Assembly: GCA_963751275.1 (NCBI GenBank)
Contig: CAVVTZ010000009.1
Span: 96,001-160,000, forward strand
DNA: 64,000 nt
Direction of reading: 5' to 3'
Origin: an uncultured Gemmatimonadaceae bacterium
GTDB lineage: Bacteria > Gemmatimonadota > Gemmatimonadetes > Gemmatimonadales > Gemmatimonadaceae
Every line of letters begins with the position of its first letter. Within the stretch, counting starts at the first letter, position 1. A program made the position numbers and the translations under genes. Below, piece by piece: positions 38,289 through 51,738 of the stretch. The notes under the pieces were generated by a model. That model had not been told where the DNA came from and ran no database searches. It was given only the letters and a program-made list of their open reading frames with translations.

Positions 38289-39910
38289 GCACCGCCGCCA
38301 GCCATCCCGCCTGGAAGGCGCTGCAGGCGCACGCCACGGCGGTCAAGGCGGCGTCGCTGCGCGACCTCTTCGCCGCGGACCCGAAGCGCGGCGAGCGCTG
38401 CACGCTCGACGCGGCCGGCCTGTTCCTGGACTACTCGAAGAACCGCATCACCGACGAGACGCTGCCGCTGCTGCTGCGGCTGGCCGATGAGTGCGGCCTG
38501 CGCGCGCGCATCGATGCGATGTTCCGCGGCGACAAGATCAACATCACCGAGGATCGCGCCGTGCTCCACGTGGCGCTGCGCGCCCCGCGCGATGCGGTGA
38601 TCACGGTGGACGGGAAGAACGTCGTGCCCGACGTGCACGCGGTGCTCGACAAGATGTCCGCGTTCGCCGAGCGCATCCGGAGCGGCGCCTGGACCGGCCA
38701 CACGGGCCAGCGCATCAAGAACGTGATCAACATCGGGATCGGCGGCTCCGACCTCGGCCCGGTGATGGCCTATGAGGCCCTGCGCTTCTACAGCGACCGC
38801 TCGCTCACCTTCCGCTTCGTCTCCAACGTGGACGGCACGGACATCGCCGAGGCGACACGCGATCTCGCGGCGGCCGAGACGCTGTTCATCGTCTCGTCGA
38901 AGACCTTCACGACACTCGAGACGATGACCAACGCCGGCACCGCACGCGACTGGCTGCTCAAGGGGCTGGGCGGCGATGCGAAGGCGGTCGCGAAGCACTT
39001 TGTGGCGGTGTCCACCAACGCGGAGAAGGTCGCGGCGTTCGGCATCGACACCGCCAACATGTTCGGCTTCTGGGACTGGGTGGGTGGCCGCTATTCGATG
39101 GATGCCGCGATCGGCCTCTCGACGATGATCGCGGTCGGCCCGGAGAACTTCCGCGCGATGCTGCGCGGCTTCCACGAGATGGACGAGCACTTCCGCACGG
39201 CACCGTTCGCACAGAACATGCCGGTGCTCATGGGATTGCTCACGGTCTGGTACACGGACTTCTTCAACGCGCAAACGGTCGCCGTCCTCCCCTACGAGCA
39301 GTACCTCAAGCGCTTTCCCGCGTACCTGCAGCAGCTCACCATGGAGAGCAACGGCAAGCACGTCACGCTCGAGGGCGAAGCGGTGGGCTGCGACACGAGC
39401 CCGGTCTACTGGGGCGAGCCCGGCACGAACGGCCAGCATTCCTTCTATCAGCTCATCCACCAGGGGACGCGCCTCATCCCGTGCGACTTCATCGCGTTCG
39501 TGCACGCGCTGAATCCCGTGGGGCGCCACCACGACATGCTCATCGCCAACGTGCTCGCGCAAACGGAAGCGCTCGCGTTCGGGAAGACCGCGCAGCAGGT
39601 GAAGGCGGAAGGCACGCCCGACTGGCTGGTGCCGCACCGCGTGTTCGAAGGCAACCGCCCATCGAACACGATCCTCGCGGACCGTCTCACCCCCGAAGCG
39701 CTCGGCCGGCTCGTGGCGCTCTACGAGCACAGCGTCTTCACGCAGGGCGCGATCTGGAACATCGATTCGTTCGATCAGTGGGGCGTGGAACTGGGCAAAC
39801 AGCTCGCGCAGCGCATCATCCCGGAACTCGAGAGCGCTGCCGATCCGAAACTCGCGCACGACAGCTCGACCAACGCGCTCATCCGGCGCTACCGGAAGCT
39901 CAAGAAATGA
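38285..39910 (+). CDS. pgi: Glucose-6-phosphate isomerase
   Basis: [34 protein letters not shown]. Confidence 0.97.
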   Translation: MSTAASHPAWKALQAHATAVKAASLRDLFAADPKRGERCTLDAAGLFLDYSKNRITDETLPLLLRLADECGLRARIDAMFRGDKINITEDRAVLHVALRAPRDAVITVDGKNVVPDVHAVLDKMSAFAERIRSGAWTGHTGQRIKNVINIGIGGSDLGPVMAYEALRFYSDRSLTFRFVSNVDGTDIAEATRDLAAAETLFIVSSKTFTTLETMTNAGTARDWLLKGLGGDAKAVAKHFVAVSTNAEKVAAFGIDTANMFGFWDWVGGRYSMDAAIGLSTMIAVGPENFRAMLRGFHEMDEHFRTAPFAQNMPVLMGLLTVWYTDFFNAQTVAVLPYEQYLKRFPAYLQQLTMESNGKHVTLEGEAVGCDTSPVYWGEPGTNGQHSFYQLIHQGTRLIPCDFIAFVHALNPVGRHHDMLIANVLAQTEALAFGKTAQQVKAEGTPDWLVPHRVFEGNRPSNTILADRLTPEALGRLVALYEHSVFTQGAIWNIDSFDQWGVELGKQLAQRIIPELESAADPKLAHDSSTNALIRRYRKLKK

Positions 39911-39939
39911 TGCGGAGCGGGACCAACTAAGGAGAACGC

Positions 39940-41010
39940 ATGCAACTCGCGATGATCGGACTGGGCCGCATGGGCGCCAACATGGTGCGCCGGCTCACCA
40001 AGGGCGGACACGACTGCGTCGTCTACGACCGCTCGCCGGAAGCGGTGAAGGATCTCGCGAAGGGCAAGATCGCGGGCGCGGACTCGCTCGAGGATCTCGT
40101 GAAGAAGCTGCGCAAGCCGCGCACGGTGTGGCTCATGGTGCCGGCGGCCGTCGTGGACCACAGCATCGCCGATCTCGCGCCGCTGCTCGCGAGCGGCGAC
40201 ACGATCATTGACGGCGGGAATTCCTACTACGTGGATGACATCCGTCGCGCGGAGACGCTCGCCAAGAAAGGCATCCACTACGTGGACGTGGGCACGAGCG
40301 GCGGCGTATGGGGGCTCAAGCGCGGCTATTGCATGATGATCGGCGGCGAACCGAAGATCGTGAAGCGCCTCGATCCCGTCTTCGCCACGCTCGCGCCGGG
40401 CATCGGCAGGATCGAACGCACGCCCGGCCGCGAGAAGATCGGCGGCACCGCGGAGAACGGCTATCTCCACTGCGGGCCCAACGGCGCCGGCCACTTCGTG
40501 AAGATGGTGCACAACGGCATCGAGTACGGGCTCATGGCCGCCTATGCCGAGGGGCTCGGCGTGCTCGCCGAGGCGAACATCGGCAAGAAGACGCACGAGG
40601 TGGACGCCGAGACGACGCCGCTCCGCGACCCGGAGCACTACCAGTACGACATCAACCTGCGCGACGTGGCCGAAGTGTGGCGGCGCGGCAGCGTGATATC
40701 GTCGTGGCTGCTGGACCTCACGGCGGCGGCGTTGGTGAAGGATCAGAAGCTCGGCGACTTCGGCGGACGCGTCTCCGATTCCGGCGAAGGGCGCTGGACG
40801 ATCAAGGCGTCGATCGACGAAGGCGTGCCCACGCCGGTGCTCACCGCGGCGCTGTACGAGCGATTCAGCTCGCGTGGGCAGGCCGACTATCAGAACCGGC
40901 TGCTCTCCGCGATGCGGTTCGCGTTCGGCGGCCACCTCGAGAAGCCGGCGGATGGCGCGGCGCCGCAAGCGGCCGCGCCCAAGGCGCCGGCGAAGAAGAA
41001 GAAAGCATGA
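39940..41010 (+). CDS. gnd: 6-phosphogluconate dehydrogenase (short type)
   Basis: GLGRMG, DGGNS, KMVHNGIEY, FGGH. Confidence 0.95.
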   Translation: MQLAMIGLGRMGANMVRRLTKGGHDCVVYDRSPEAVKDLAKGKIAGADSLEDLVKKLRKPRTVWLMVPAAVVDHSIADLAPLLASGDTIIDGGNSYYVDDIRRAETLAKKGIHYVDVGTSGGVWGLKRGYCMMIGGEPKIVKRLDPVFATLAPGIGRIERTPGREKIGGTAENGYLHCGPNGAGHFVKMVHNGIEYGLMAAYAEGLGVLAEANIGKKTHEVDAETTPLRDPEHYQYDINLRDVAEVWRRGSVISSWLLDLTAAALVKDQKLGDFGGRVSDSGEGRWTIKASIDEGVPTPVLTAALYERFSSRGQADYQNRLLSAMRFAFGGHLEKPADGAAPQAAAPKAPAKKKKA

Positions 41011-42396
41011 GCGACCGGCCCCACTCCGGCGCGCTGGTCTTCTTCGGCGCCACCGGCGACCTCGCGTACAAGAAGATCTTCCCCGCGCTGCAGGCGATGA
41101 TCAAGCGCGGGCATCTCGATGTCCCGGTCATCGGCGTCGCGAAGTCGTCGTGGAATTGCGACCAGCTCGTCGCGCGCGCGAAGGACAGTCTGGAGCATCA
41201 CGGCGGCCTCGATGCCGCGGCGTTCGCGAAGCTCACGAAGCTGCTGCGCTACGTGGACGGCGATTACAACGACGCCGGCACTTACGAGAAGATCAAGCAG
41301 GAGCTGCGCGGCGCCGAGCGGCCGGCGCATTACCTCGCGATCCCGCCGGTTTTGTTCGGCGTCGTCGTGGAGCACCTGCGCAACGCGGGGCTCACGAAGG
41401 AAGCGCGCGTCATCGTGGAGAAGCCGTTCGGCACCGACCTCGCCTCGGCGCGCGCGCTGAACGCCATTCTGCTCAGCGCCTTCGACGAGACGTCGATCTT
41501 CCGCATCGACCACTATCTGGGCAAGCGGCCGGTGCACAACATGCTCTTCTTCCGCTTCGCGAACCTCTTCCTCGAGTCGTTCTGGAACCGCACGCACATC
41601 GAGAGCGTGCAGATCACCATGGCCGAGGACTTCGGCGTGCAGGGGCGCGGTGCGTTCTACGACCAGACCGGCACCATGCGCGACGTGGTGCAGAACCATC
41701 TCTTCCAGGTGATGTGCAACCTCGCGATGGAGCCGCCGGTGCGCACCGACAGCGAATCCATTCGCGATGAGAAGGTGAAGGTGCTCAAGGCGATCCCCAC
41801 GCTCGACGTGAAGAACATCGTGCGCGGACAGTTCACCGGCTACCTGAAGGAAGACCGGCGTGAAGCCGGGATCCACCACCGAGACCTTCTCCGCCGTGAA
41901 GCTCGCGATCAACTCGTGGCGCTGGCAGGACGTGCCGTTCTACATCCGCGCCGGCAAGTGCCTGCCGGTGACGTGCACGGAGATCTTCGTGCGCCTCCGC
42001 CGCCCGCCGGCGCTCTATCCCACCGACGGCCAGCAGCCGAACTACTTCCGCTTCCGCATCAGCCCCGACGTCACCACGGCGATCGGCATGAACGTCATGG
42101 GGCCCGGCGAGGAAGAGATGCACGGCGCCATGACCGAGATGGTCGCGAGCTCGCACCCGGCCGCGAACGAGATGGATGCCTACGAGCGCGTCCTCGGCGA
42201 TGCTATGGTGGGCGACGCGACGCTCTTCGCGCGCGAGGACTACGTCGAGGAAGCGTGGCGGATCGTGGACGCGGTGCTCAAGGCGACGACGCCGGTCTAC
42301 CCGTACGCGCCGGGCACGTGGGGGCCGAAAGAGGCGGCCGCGATCGCGCCCGACGGCGGCTGGCACGATCCGGTGCTCGGACCGCCCACGCCGTGA
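41007..42396 (+). CDS. zwf: Second glucose-6-phosphate dehydrogenase, frameshift near 41853
   Basis: GATGDL, EKPFG, RIDHYLGK; C-terminal WRWQDVPFYIRAGK in the 41860..42396 frame. Confidence 0.92.
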
Positions 42397-43088
42397 AGAT
42401 CGAGATCCTGCCCGACGCCATCGCGGTAGCGGTGCGCGCGGCGGAGATCATCGCCGACGATGCGCGCGCGGCGATCGGCGCGCGGGGAGCGTTCACCTTC
42501 GCGGTGAGCGGCGGGAACACGCCCTGGCAGATGCTGCGTGCGCTCGCGCAGCAGCCGGTGCCGTGGAGCGCGGTGCAGCTCTTCCAGGTGGATGAGCGGA
42601 TCGCGCCCGACGGCGACCCCGACCGCAACCTCACGCACATCCGTGAGACGCTGCTGGGCGCCGTGAACATCCCTCCGCAGAACGTGCACGCGATGCCGGT
42701 GAACGATCCTGATCCCGCCGCCGCGGCGGGGCGCTACGCGCACGAGATCGAGCGCACCGCGGGTGCGCCGCCGGTGTTCGATCTGGTGCATCTCGGCCTC
42801 GGGCCGGACGGCCACACCGCGTCGCTCGTGCCCGGCGATCCCGCGCTGTTCGTGACCAACAGCGAGGTCGCGCTCGCCGGCCCGTACATGGGACATTGCC
42901 GGATGACGCTCACCTATCCGGTGCTCGACGGCGCGCGCCGCGTGCTGTGGGTGGTGACGGGCGCGGAGAAGGCGCGCATGCTCTCGCTGCTGCGCGCCGG
43001 CGACCGCACGATCCCGGCGGGGCGCGTGAACGCGATGCACGCCACGCTCCTCGCGGACCGCGCCGCCGCGCTCACGCACGCGGGCTAG
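42393..43088 (+). CDS. pgl: 6-phosphogluconolactonase
   Basis: SGGNTP, DER, GLGPDGHTASL, RMTLT. Confidence 0.92.
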   Translation: MKIEILPDAIAVAVRAAEIIADDARAAIGARGAFTFAVSGGNTPWQMLRALAQQPVPWSAVQLFQVDERIAPDGDPDRNLTHIRETLLGAVNIPPQNVHAMPVNDPDPAAAAGRYAHEIERTAGAPPVFDLVHLGLGPDGHTASLVPGDPALFVTNSEVALAGPYMGHCRMTLTYPVLDGARRVLWVVTGAEKARMLSLLRAGDRTIPAGRVNAMHATLLADRAAALTHAG

Positions 43089-43097
43089 GGGGAACGC

Positions 43098-45799
<2,702 letters not shown>

Positions 45800-45803
<4 letters not shown>

Positions 45804-47419
45804 GCACGGTGCTGCTGTCGCGCGGGCAGTTCGCGCTCACGATCGCGTTCCATTTCATCTTCCCGCCGATCACGATCGGGCTCGGGCTGGTGCTGGTGTT
45901 CATGCAGGCGATGCGCCTCCGCACCGGGAACCCGCTCTACACCGGCATGGCGCATTTCTGGACGAAGATCTTCGGCCTCATCTTCGCGATCGGCGTCGCG
46001 ACCGGCATCCCGATGGAATTCCAGTTCGGCACGAACTGGGCGAACTACGCGCGCTTCGTCGGCGACATCTTCGGCAGCCCGCTCGCGATCGAGGGCGTAT
46101 ACGCCTTCTTCCTCGAGTCGGGCTTCCTCGCGATCCTGCTCTTCGGCTGGAACAAGGTGGGACCGCGCATGCATTTCCTCGCAACCTGTCTCGTGGCGCT
46201 CGGCGCGCATTTCAGCGCGATCTGGATCATCGTCGCGAACTCCTGGATGCAGACGCCGGCGGGATACCATCTCGCGCGCTCGGTGAAGGAGATCGCGAGC
46301 GGGCAGCAGTTCCCCATGGGCGCCGAGTTGGGCAACACCGCCTTCACCGTGAAGGAGATCCCGCTTCCCGCCGGCTACGTGGTGCAGCCGTCGGACCTGG
46401 GCAACGTGCGCGCGGTGGTGGACGATTTCGCGAAGGCGATCCTCAACCCCTCCACCCTCGACCGGCTCACGCACACGATCATCGCGTGCTGGATCATCGG
46501 CGCGCTCGTGGTGGCATCGGTGAGCGCGTTCTGGCTGCTCAAACGGCGGCACATCGACACCGCGCGCGTGTCGCTCAAGATCGGGCTCGCCGTCGCCGCG
46601 GCGGCATCACTGTTGCAGCTGATCTCGGCGGACATCACCGCGACCGGCGTCGCGCGCCACCAGCCGGAGAAGCTCGCGGCCATGGAAGGACTCGCGGCCA
46701 CGCGCTCCGAAGCGCCGATGGGGATCGTCGGCGTCGTGCGCTGGCAGCACGATTCCACGGGCCGCATCACCGGACTCGATGAGCACGTGCTGCGCGTGCC
46801 GGCGCTGCTGAGCATCCTGGTCTCGGGCGACTTCCTGCATCCGGCGCAAGGCGCGAAGACCGTCGTGCCCGGGCTCAACGATCTCCCCTCGGATTCCTTT
46901 CTTCGCACGCGCCACCCTGGCGCGACGGACGCGGAGCTCATGGCGATCCGGCCGAACTACTGGCCGAGCGTACCGTGGGTGTTCCAGTCGTACCATCTGA
47001 TGATCGCGATCGGTGTGTTCCTGGTCGCGATGACGCTGCTGGGGTTGCTGCTGTGGAAGACGGGCCGGCTCTGGCAACCGGAAAAGCGATTGGTGCGCAT
47101 GTATCTCTGGCTGCTCGTCTTCTCGCCGGCGCTCGCGGAGATCGCGACGCAGGCAGGCTGGTTCACCGCGGAGGTGGGACGCCAGCCATGGATCGTCTGG
47201 CACGTGCTGGCCACGCATGATGCGACGAGCGCGGTGGTGCACTCGGGACAGATCGCGCGCTCGATCGTGCTCTTCTGTCTCATCTATGCGCTGCTCGCCG
47301 CGCTCTTCGTGACGCTCTTCACGCGGATCGTGCAGAAGGGGCCGCCGCACGACAAGCCGGATGCCGGCCTGCCGGAGAAGTTCGAACCGCTGTCACTCAA
47401 GTCCGGGCGCGAAACATGA
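45800..47419 (+). CDS. cydA: Cytochrome bd oxidase subunit I
   Basis: QFALTIAFHFIF, MEFQFGTNW, NSWMQTP, QPEKLAAME, EVGRQPW. Confidence 0.95.
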
Positions 47420-47429
47420 GGACCGGCGC

Positions 47430-48449
47430 ATGGATCTGAACACCATCTGGTTCCTCCTCGTGGGCACGCTGCTCACGGGGTACGCCGTGCTCGACGGCTT
47501 CGACCTCGGCACCGGCGCGCTGATCCTCTTCCTGAACGATGACACCGAGCGGCGCATCTTCTTCAATGCGATCGGGCCGGTGTGGAACGGCAATGAAGTG
47601 TGGCTCGTGACGGGAGGCGGCGCGCTCTTCGCGGCCTTCCCGAACGTGTACGCGACCGTGTTCTCCGGCTTCTACGACGCGTTCATGCTCCTGCTGGCCG
47701 CGCTGATCTTCCGCGCGGCGGCCATCGAGTTCCGCAGCCAGTATCCCGGCGCGCGCTGGCGCGCGATGTGGGACACCGTGTTCGCGGTCGCGAGCGTGTC
47801 CGGCGCGCTGCTCATCGGCGTCGCCATCGGCAATCTGGTGTGGGGGATCCCGCTGGACGCGCACCACGAGTTCCGCGGCGACTTCTTCACGCTGCTCAAA
47901 CCGTACACGCTGCTGGTAGCGCTCACCGGGCTCGCGCTCTTCGCGATGCACGCGAATCTCTACCTGCTCCTGAAAACGGGGGGCGCGCTGCAGCAGCGGC
48001 TCGCCGGCTGGACGAAGCGCACGATCCCCATCTATCTCACGCTCTTCGCCTTGATGAACATCGCCACCGTGATCGCGCGGCCGATGGTGCACGACGCGCT
48101 GCGGTCGCGGGGGCCGCTGCTCGGCGCCATCCTCCTCGTGTCCGTCGCGATCACCTTCAACATCGTGCGCCTGGTCAAACGGGAGCGGTACGGCCTCGCC
48201 TTCATCAGTTCGGCGGGCTCCATCGTGACGCTCATGATGCTCTTCGGCGCGGCAGTCTATCCGAACCTGGTCTTCTCCTGGCCCGAGCCGGCGAACAGCT
48301 TGAACATCGTGAACGGCGCGTCCACCGCGCCGTCGCTCAAGTTCATGCTCGTCGTCGCACTCATCGGCGTGCCGATCGTGCTCGCGTACACGGCATCCAT
48401 CTACTACGTGTTCCGCGGCAAGGTCACGCTCACCGACCATTCGTATTGA
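47430..48449 (+). CDS. cydB: Cytochrome bd oxidase subunit II
   Basis: LDGFDLG, GPVWNGNEVW, FAAFP, VFRGKV. Confidence 0.95.
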   Translation: MDLNTIWFLLVGTLLTGYAVLDGFDLGTGALILFLNDDTERRIFFNAIGPVWNGNEVWLVTGGGALFAAFPNVYATVFSGFYDAFMLLLAALIFRAAAIEFRSQYPGARWRAMWDTVFAVASVSGALLIGVAIGNLVWGIPLDAHHEFRGDFFTLLKPYTLLVALTGLALFAMHANLYLLLKTGGALQQRLAGWTKRTIPIYLTLFALMNIATVIARPMVHDALRSRGPLLGAILLVSVAITFNIVRLVKRERYGLAFISSAGSIVTLMMLFGAAVYPNLVFSWPEPANSLNIVNGASTAPSLKFMLVVALIGVPIVLAYTASIYYVFRGKVTLTDHSY

Positions 48450-48500
48450 CTAGTCCGGCCAACAGGGGAATGCTGTTGTCGCAAGCGGGCGGTACGAGTC

Positions 48501-48599
48501 GATCATGTCAATCATGTTCATCCTGTCGGAAGTTGTTTCCGCTCGCCTCCAGGAACTGCTTTTGACAGGATTAACATGATGTACATGATGTTCATGATG
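48501..48599. repeat. Inverted 9-bp-periodic arrays (CATGATNNN type)
   Basis: atcatgtcaatcatgttcatcctgtc ... gacaggattaacatgatgtacatgatgttcatgatg. Confidence 0.75.
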
Positions 48600-48676
48600 G
48601 CGGGTAAAGATGGAACGGCCTTGCCCGAATATCGCCTGATCATTCACTGGAGCAATGGACGCCGCCGGGAGACACC

Positions 48677-49135
48677 ATGAAGATCGGCATCGCCACGGAT
48701 CACGGCGGATTCCCGCTCAAGGAAGAACTGGCCGCGCGGTTGCGCGCCGCGAAGCACGAAGTGGTGGATTTCGGCGCGCACGCGCTCAACGACGGCGATG
48801 ACTATCCGGATTTCGTGATCCCGCTCGCGAACGCGGTGGTCGCGGGGCAGGTGGAGCGCGGCATCGCGTGCTGCGGCAGCGGCGTGGGCGCTTCGGTGTG
48901 CGCCAACAAGGTGCCCGGCGTCCACGCGGCGCTCATCGCCGACCACTTCTCCGCGCGCCAGGGCGTGGAGGACGACCATATGAACATCATCTGCCTGGGC
49001 GCGCGCACCGAGGGGATCGAGCTGGCGTGGGATCTCGTTCAGCAGTTCCTGGCCGCGGAGTACAGCAGCGCCGAGCGGCATCTGCGCCGGCTGGCGAAGG
49101 TCGCGAAGCTGGAAGCCAAACATTCTTCGAAGTGA
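48677..49135 (+). CDS. rpiB: Ribose-5-phosphate isomerase B
   Basis: DHGG, DDYPD, CGSGVG..ANK, RHLRR. Confidence 0.93.
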   Translation: MKIGIATDHGGFPLKEELAARLRAAKHEVVDFGAHALNDGDDYPDFVIPLANAVVAGQVERGIACCGSGVGASVCANKVPGVHAALIADHFSARQGVEDDHMNIICLGARTEGIELAWDLVQQFLAAEYSSAERHLRRLAKVAKLEAKHSSK

Positions 49136-49140
49136 CCGCC

Positions 49141-51198
49141 GTGGCTGACAAGGATATCTCGCAGATCTCGATCAATACCATCCGCACGCTCTCCATCGAT
49201 GCCGTGCAGCAGGCGAAGTCCGGGCATCCGGGAACGCCGATGGCGCTGGCGCCGTTGGTGTACGCGCTGTGGAACCGCGTGATGCGCTTCGATCCCGCGG
49301 ATCCCATCTGGCCGGATCGCGATCGCTTCGTGCTGTCGAACGGGCACGCGTCCATGCTGCTGTGGTCCGTGCTGCATCTCAGCGGCACGCGCGCCGTGAA
49401 CGCCGAGTACGAGCGGCTGGGCGATCCCGCGGTGTCGCTCGAGGACATCAAGCATTTCCGCCAGCTGGGAAGCAAGGCGCCGGGGCATCCGGAGTATCGG
49501 TATACCTCCGGCGTGGAGACGACGTCCGGCCCGCTGGGGCAGGGGATCGCGACGAGCGTCGGCATGGCGATCGCGCAGCGCTGGCTCGCGGCGCGCTACA
49601 ACAAGCCGGGCTTCGACGTGTTCGACTACGACATCTTCGCCGTGTGCGGCGATGGGTGTCTCATGGAAGGCGTCGGATCGGAGGCGGCGTCGCTCGCCGG
49701 CCATCTCGCGCTCGACAATCTCTGCTGGATCTACGACAACAACCACATCACGATCGAAGGGAACACCAACATCACCTTCACCGAGGATGTGGCGGCGCGT
49801 TTCATGGGCTATGGGTGGAACGTGCTGCGTGTGGGCGACGCGAACGACTTGGGGTTGATCGAGCGCGCGGTCGCCACGTTCAAGGGCACGAAGGGCCGGC
49901 CGACGATCGTCATTCTCGACAGTCATATCGGCTACGGTTCGCCGCACAAGCAGGACACCGCCGCCGCGCACGGCGAGCCGCTGGGCGAGGAGGAGGTGAA
50001 ACTCACGAAGCGCGCGTACGGCTGGCCCGAGGATGCGAAGTTCCTCGTGCCCGACGGTGTGCGCGAGGATTTCGCCGCGGGCGTGGGTGCGCGCGGCGCC
50101 GCGGCGCACGCGGCGTGGACGGAACTCTTCGGGCGTTACCGTACGGCGTTCCCCGCACTCGCCACCGAGATCGACCAAATGCAGCGGCGCGAGCTGCCGC
50201 CGGGATGGGACAAGAACCTCCCGGTATTCCCCGCGGACGCGAAGGGGATCGCCGGCCGCGATGCGAGCGGCAAAGTGCTCAACGTGCTCGCACAGAACGT
50301 CCCGTGGCTCCTTGGCGGATCCGCCGACCTCGGCTCGTCGAACAAGACCACGCTGCTCTTCGAGGGCGCGGGAGATCTCGAGCCGGATACGCCGGGCGGG
50401 CGCAACATGCATTTCGGCATTCGCGAGCACGCGATGGGCGCGGCGCTCAACGGCATGGCGCTCACCAAGCTGCGCGCGTTCGGCGCGACGTTCTTCATTT
50501 TCAGCGATTATTGCCGCCCCACCATCCGGCTCTCGGCGCTGATGGAATTGCCGGTGATCTGGGTGTTCACGCACGAAGCGATGAGCGACGGCGAGGACGG
50601 CCCCACGCACCAGCCGGTGGAGCAACTCGCGTCGCTGCGCGCGATGCCGGGGCTCATCCTGTTCCGCCCGGCCGACGCGAACGAAGTGGTGGAAGCGTAC
50701 CGCGTGATCATGCAGCTCCGGCACGAGCCGGCCGTGCTCGCGCTCTCGCGCCAGCCGCTGCCCACCATCGACCGCGCGAAGTACGCGAGCGCCGCCGGCG
50801 TCGCGAAGGGCGCGTACGTGCTCGCCGATGCGCCGGGCGGGAAGCCGGAGGTGATCCTGATCGCGACGGGGAGCGAAGTGGTGCTCGCGCTGCAGGCGCA
50901 CGAACAACTCACGGCGGCGGGGATCAAGTCGCGGGTGGTGTCGATGCCATCGTGGGAGTTATTCGATCATCAGACGCCGGAGTATCGAGAGCAGGTGCTG
51001 CCGCGTGCGGTGCGGGCGAGAGTTTCCATTGAGCAGGCGTCGACGATGGGATGGGAGCGTTATGTGGGGGACGGAGGGAAGATGATCGGGATGAAGACTT
51101 TTGGTGCTTCCGCTCCTCTGAAAGAGCTCGAGAAACACTTCGGGTTTGAGCCGGGGGCGATCGTCTCAGCGGCGAAATCGCTACTCGCTACGACCTAA
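49141..51198 (+). CDS. tkt: Transketolase
   Basis: SGHPG, SNGH, GDGCLMEG, FGIREH, GEDGPTHQ, FGASAP. Confidence 0.96.
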   Translation: MADKDISQISINTIRTLSIDAVQQAKSGHPGTPMALAPLVYALWNRVMRFDPADPIWPDRDRFVLSNGHASMLLWSVLHLSGTRAVNAEYERLGDPAVSLEDIKHFRQLGSKAPGHPEYRYTSGVETTSGPLGQGIATSVGMAIAQRWLAARYNKPGFDVFDYDIFAVCGDGCLMEGVGSEAASLAGHLALDNLCWIYDNNHITIEGNTNITFTEDVAARFMGYGWNVLRVGDANDLGLIERAVATFKGTKGRPTIVILDSHIGYGSPHKQDTAAAHGEPLGEEEVKLTKRAYGWPEDAKFLVPDGVREDFAAGVGARGAAAHAAWTELFGRYRTAFPALATEIDQMQRRELPPGWDKNLPVFPADAKGIAGRDASGKVLNVLAQNVPWLLGGSADLGSSNKTTLLFEGAGDLEPDTPGGRNMHFGIREHAMGAALNGMALTKLRAFGATFFIFSDYCRPTIRLSALMELPVIWVFTHEAMSDGEDGPTHQPVEQLASLRAMPGLILFRPADANEVVEAYRVIMQLRHEPAVLALSRQPLPTIDRAKYASAAGVAKGAYVLADAPGGKPEVILIATGSEVVLALQAHEQLTAAGIKSRVVSMPSWELFDHQTPEYREQVLPRAVRARVSIEQASTMGWERYVGDGGKMIGMKTFGASAPLKELEKHFGFEPGAIVSAAKSLLATT

Positions 51199-51200
51199 CG

Positions 51201-51729
51201 GCAGACGTCGACTGACGATTGACGACTGACGCCTGCCTCGGGCTGGCGCATGGTGCGGTATCGATGCGCAACGGATCGATGGGGCACCTATCAACGGTGG
51301 ATACATCGTTGGCGGTATGACATATCCGCCATTGCCAGATGGGCACCGTCGCTTGATCGTTTGGCAGCGCGCACTCGAACTGACGATGGAGTGCTACGCG
51401 ATTGCGAGGTTGCTCCCCGATATCGAACGCAGGGGCCTCGCTGATCAGATCCGGCGCGCAGCGGCGTCGGTGCCCGCGAACATCGCGGAAGGGAACGGGC
51501 AGTACTACTCGCGCGCGTACGGGCGACATCTATCGATCGCGCGCGGCTCCCTCATGGAATTGGACACCCACATCGAGATCGCGTTGCGCGCGGGGTACGT
51601 CAACCATGCCGCTACGGCAAAGTCGTTCACGCTCATCGATCAGGTCGGCCGCATGCTGACCCGCCTCTCCAAGGCTATCGCCCCCAGAGAGCCGAACTAG
51701 CAGGCGTCAGTCGTCAGTCGTCAGTCTGC
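51201..51729. mobile_element. Putative cassette: four-helix-bundle gene between inverted GACTGAC heptamer arrays
   Basis: Left gactgac gattgac gactgac gcctgc (51201-51236); right reverse complement gca gactgac gactgac gactgac gcctgc (51700-51729). Mobility is inferred. Confidence 0.5.
51317..51700 (+). CDS. Four-helix-bundle protein (23S rRNA-IVP / bAvd-like)
   Basis: LIVWQRA, DQIRRAAASVPANIAEG, IARGSLMELDT. Confidence 0.92.
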   Translation: MTYPPLPDGHRRLIVWQRALELTMECYAIARLLPDIERRGLADQIRRAAASVPANIAEGNGQYYSRAYGRHLSIARGSLMELDTHIEIALRAGYVNHAATAKSFTLIDQVGRMLTRLSKAIAPREPN

Positions 51730-51738
51730 TATTCGCAG

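Noticed and set aside
40308..43088. 926-aa Zwf-Pgl fusion ORF
   Set aside because: Produced by the frameshift near 41853; the true Zwf C-terminus is in another frame and pgl has its own overlapping GTG start.
51317..51700. Diversity-generating retroelement (Avd-like gene)
   Set aside because: No reverse transcriptase and no TR/VR pair seen.
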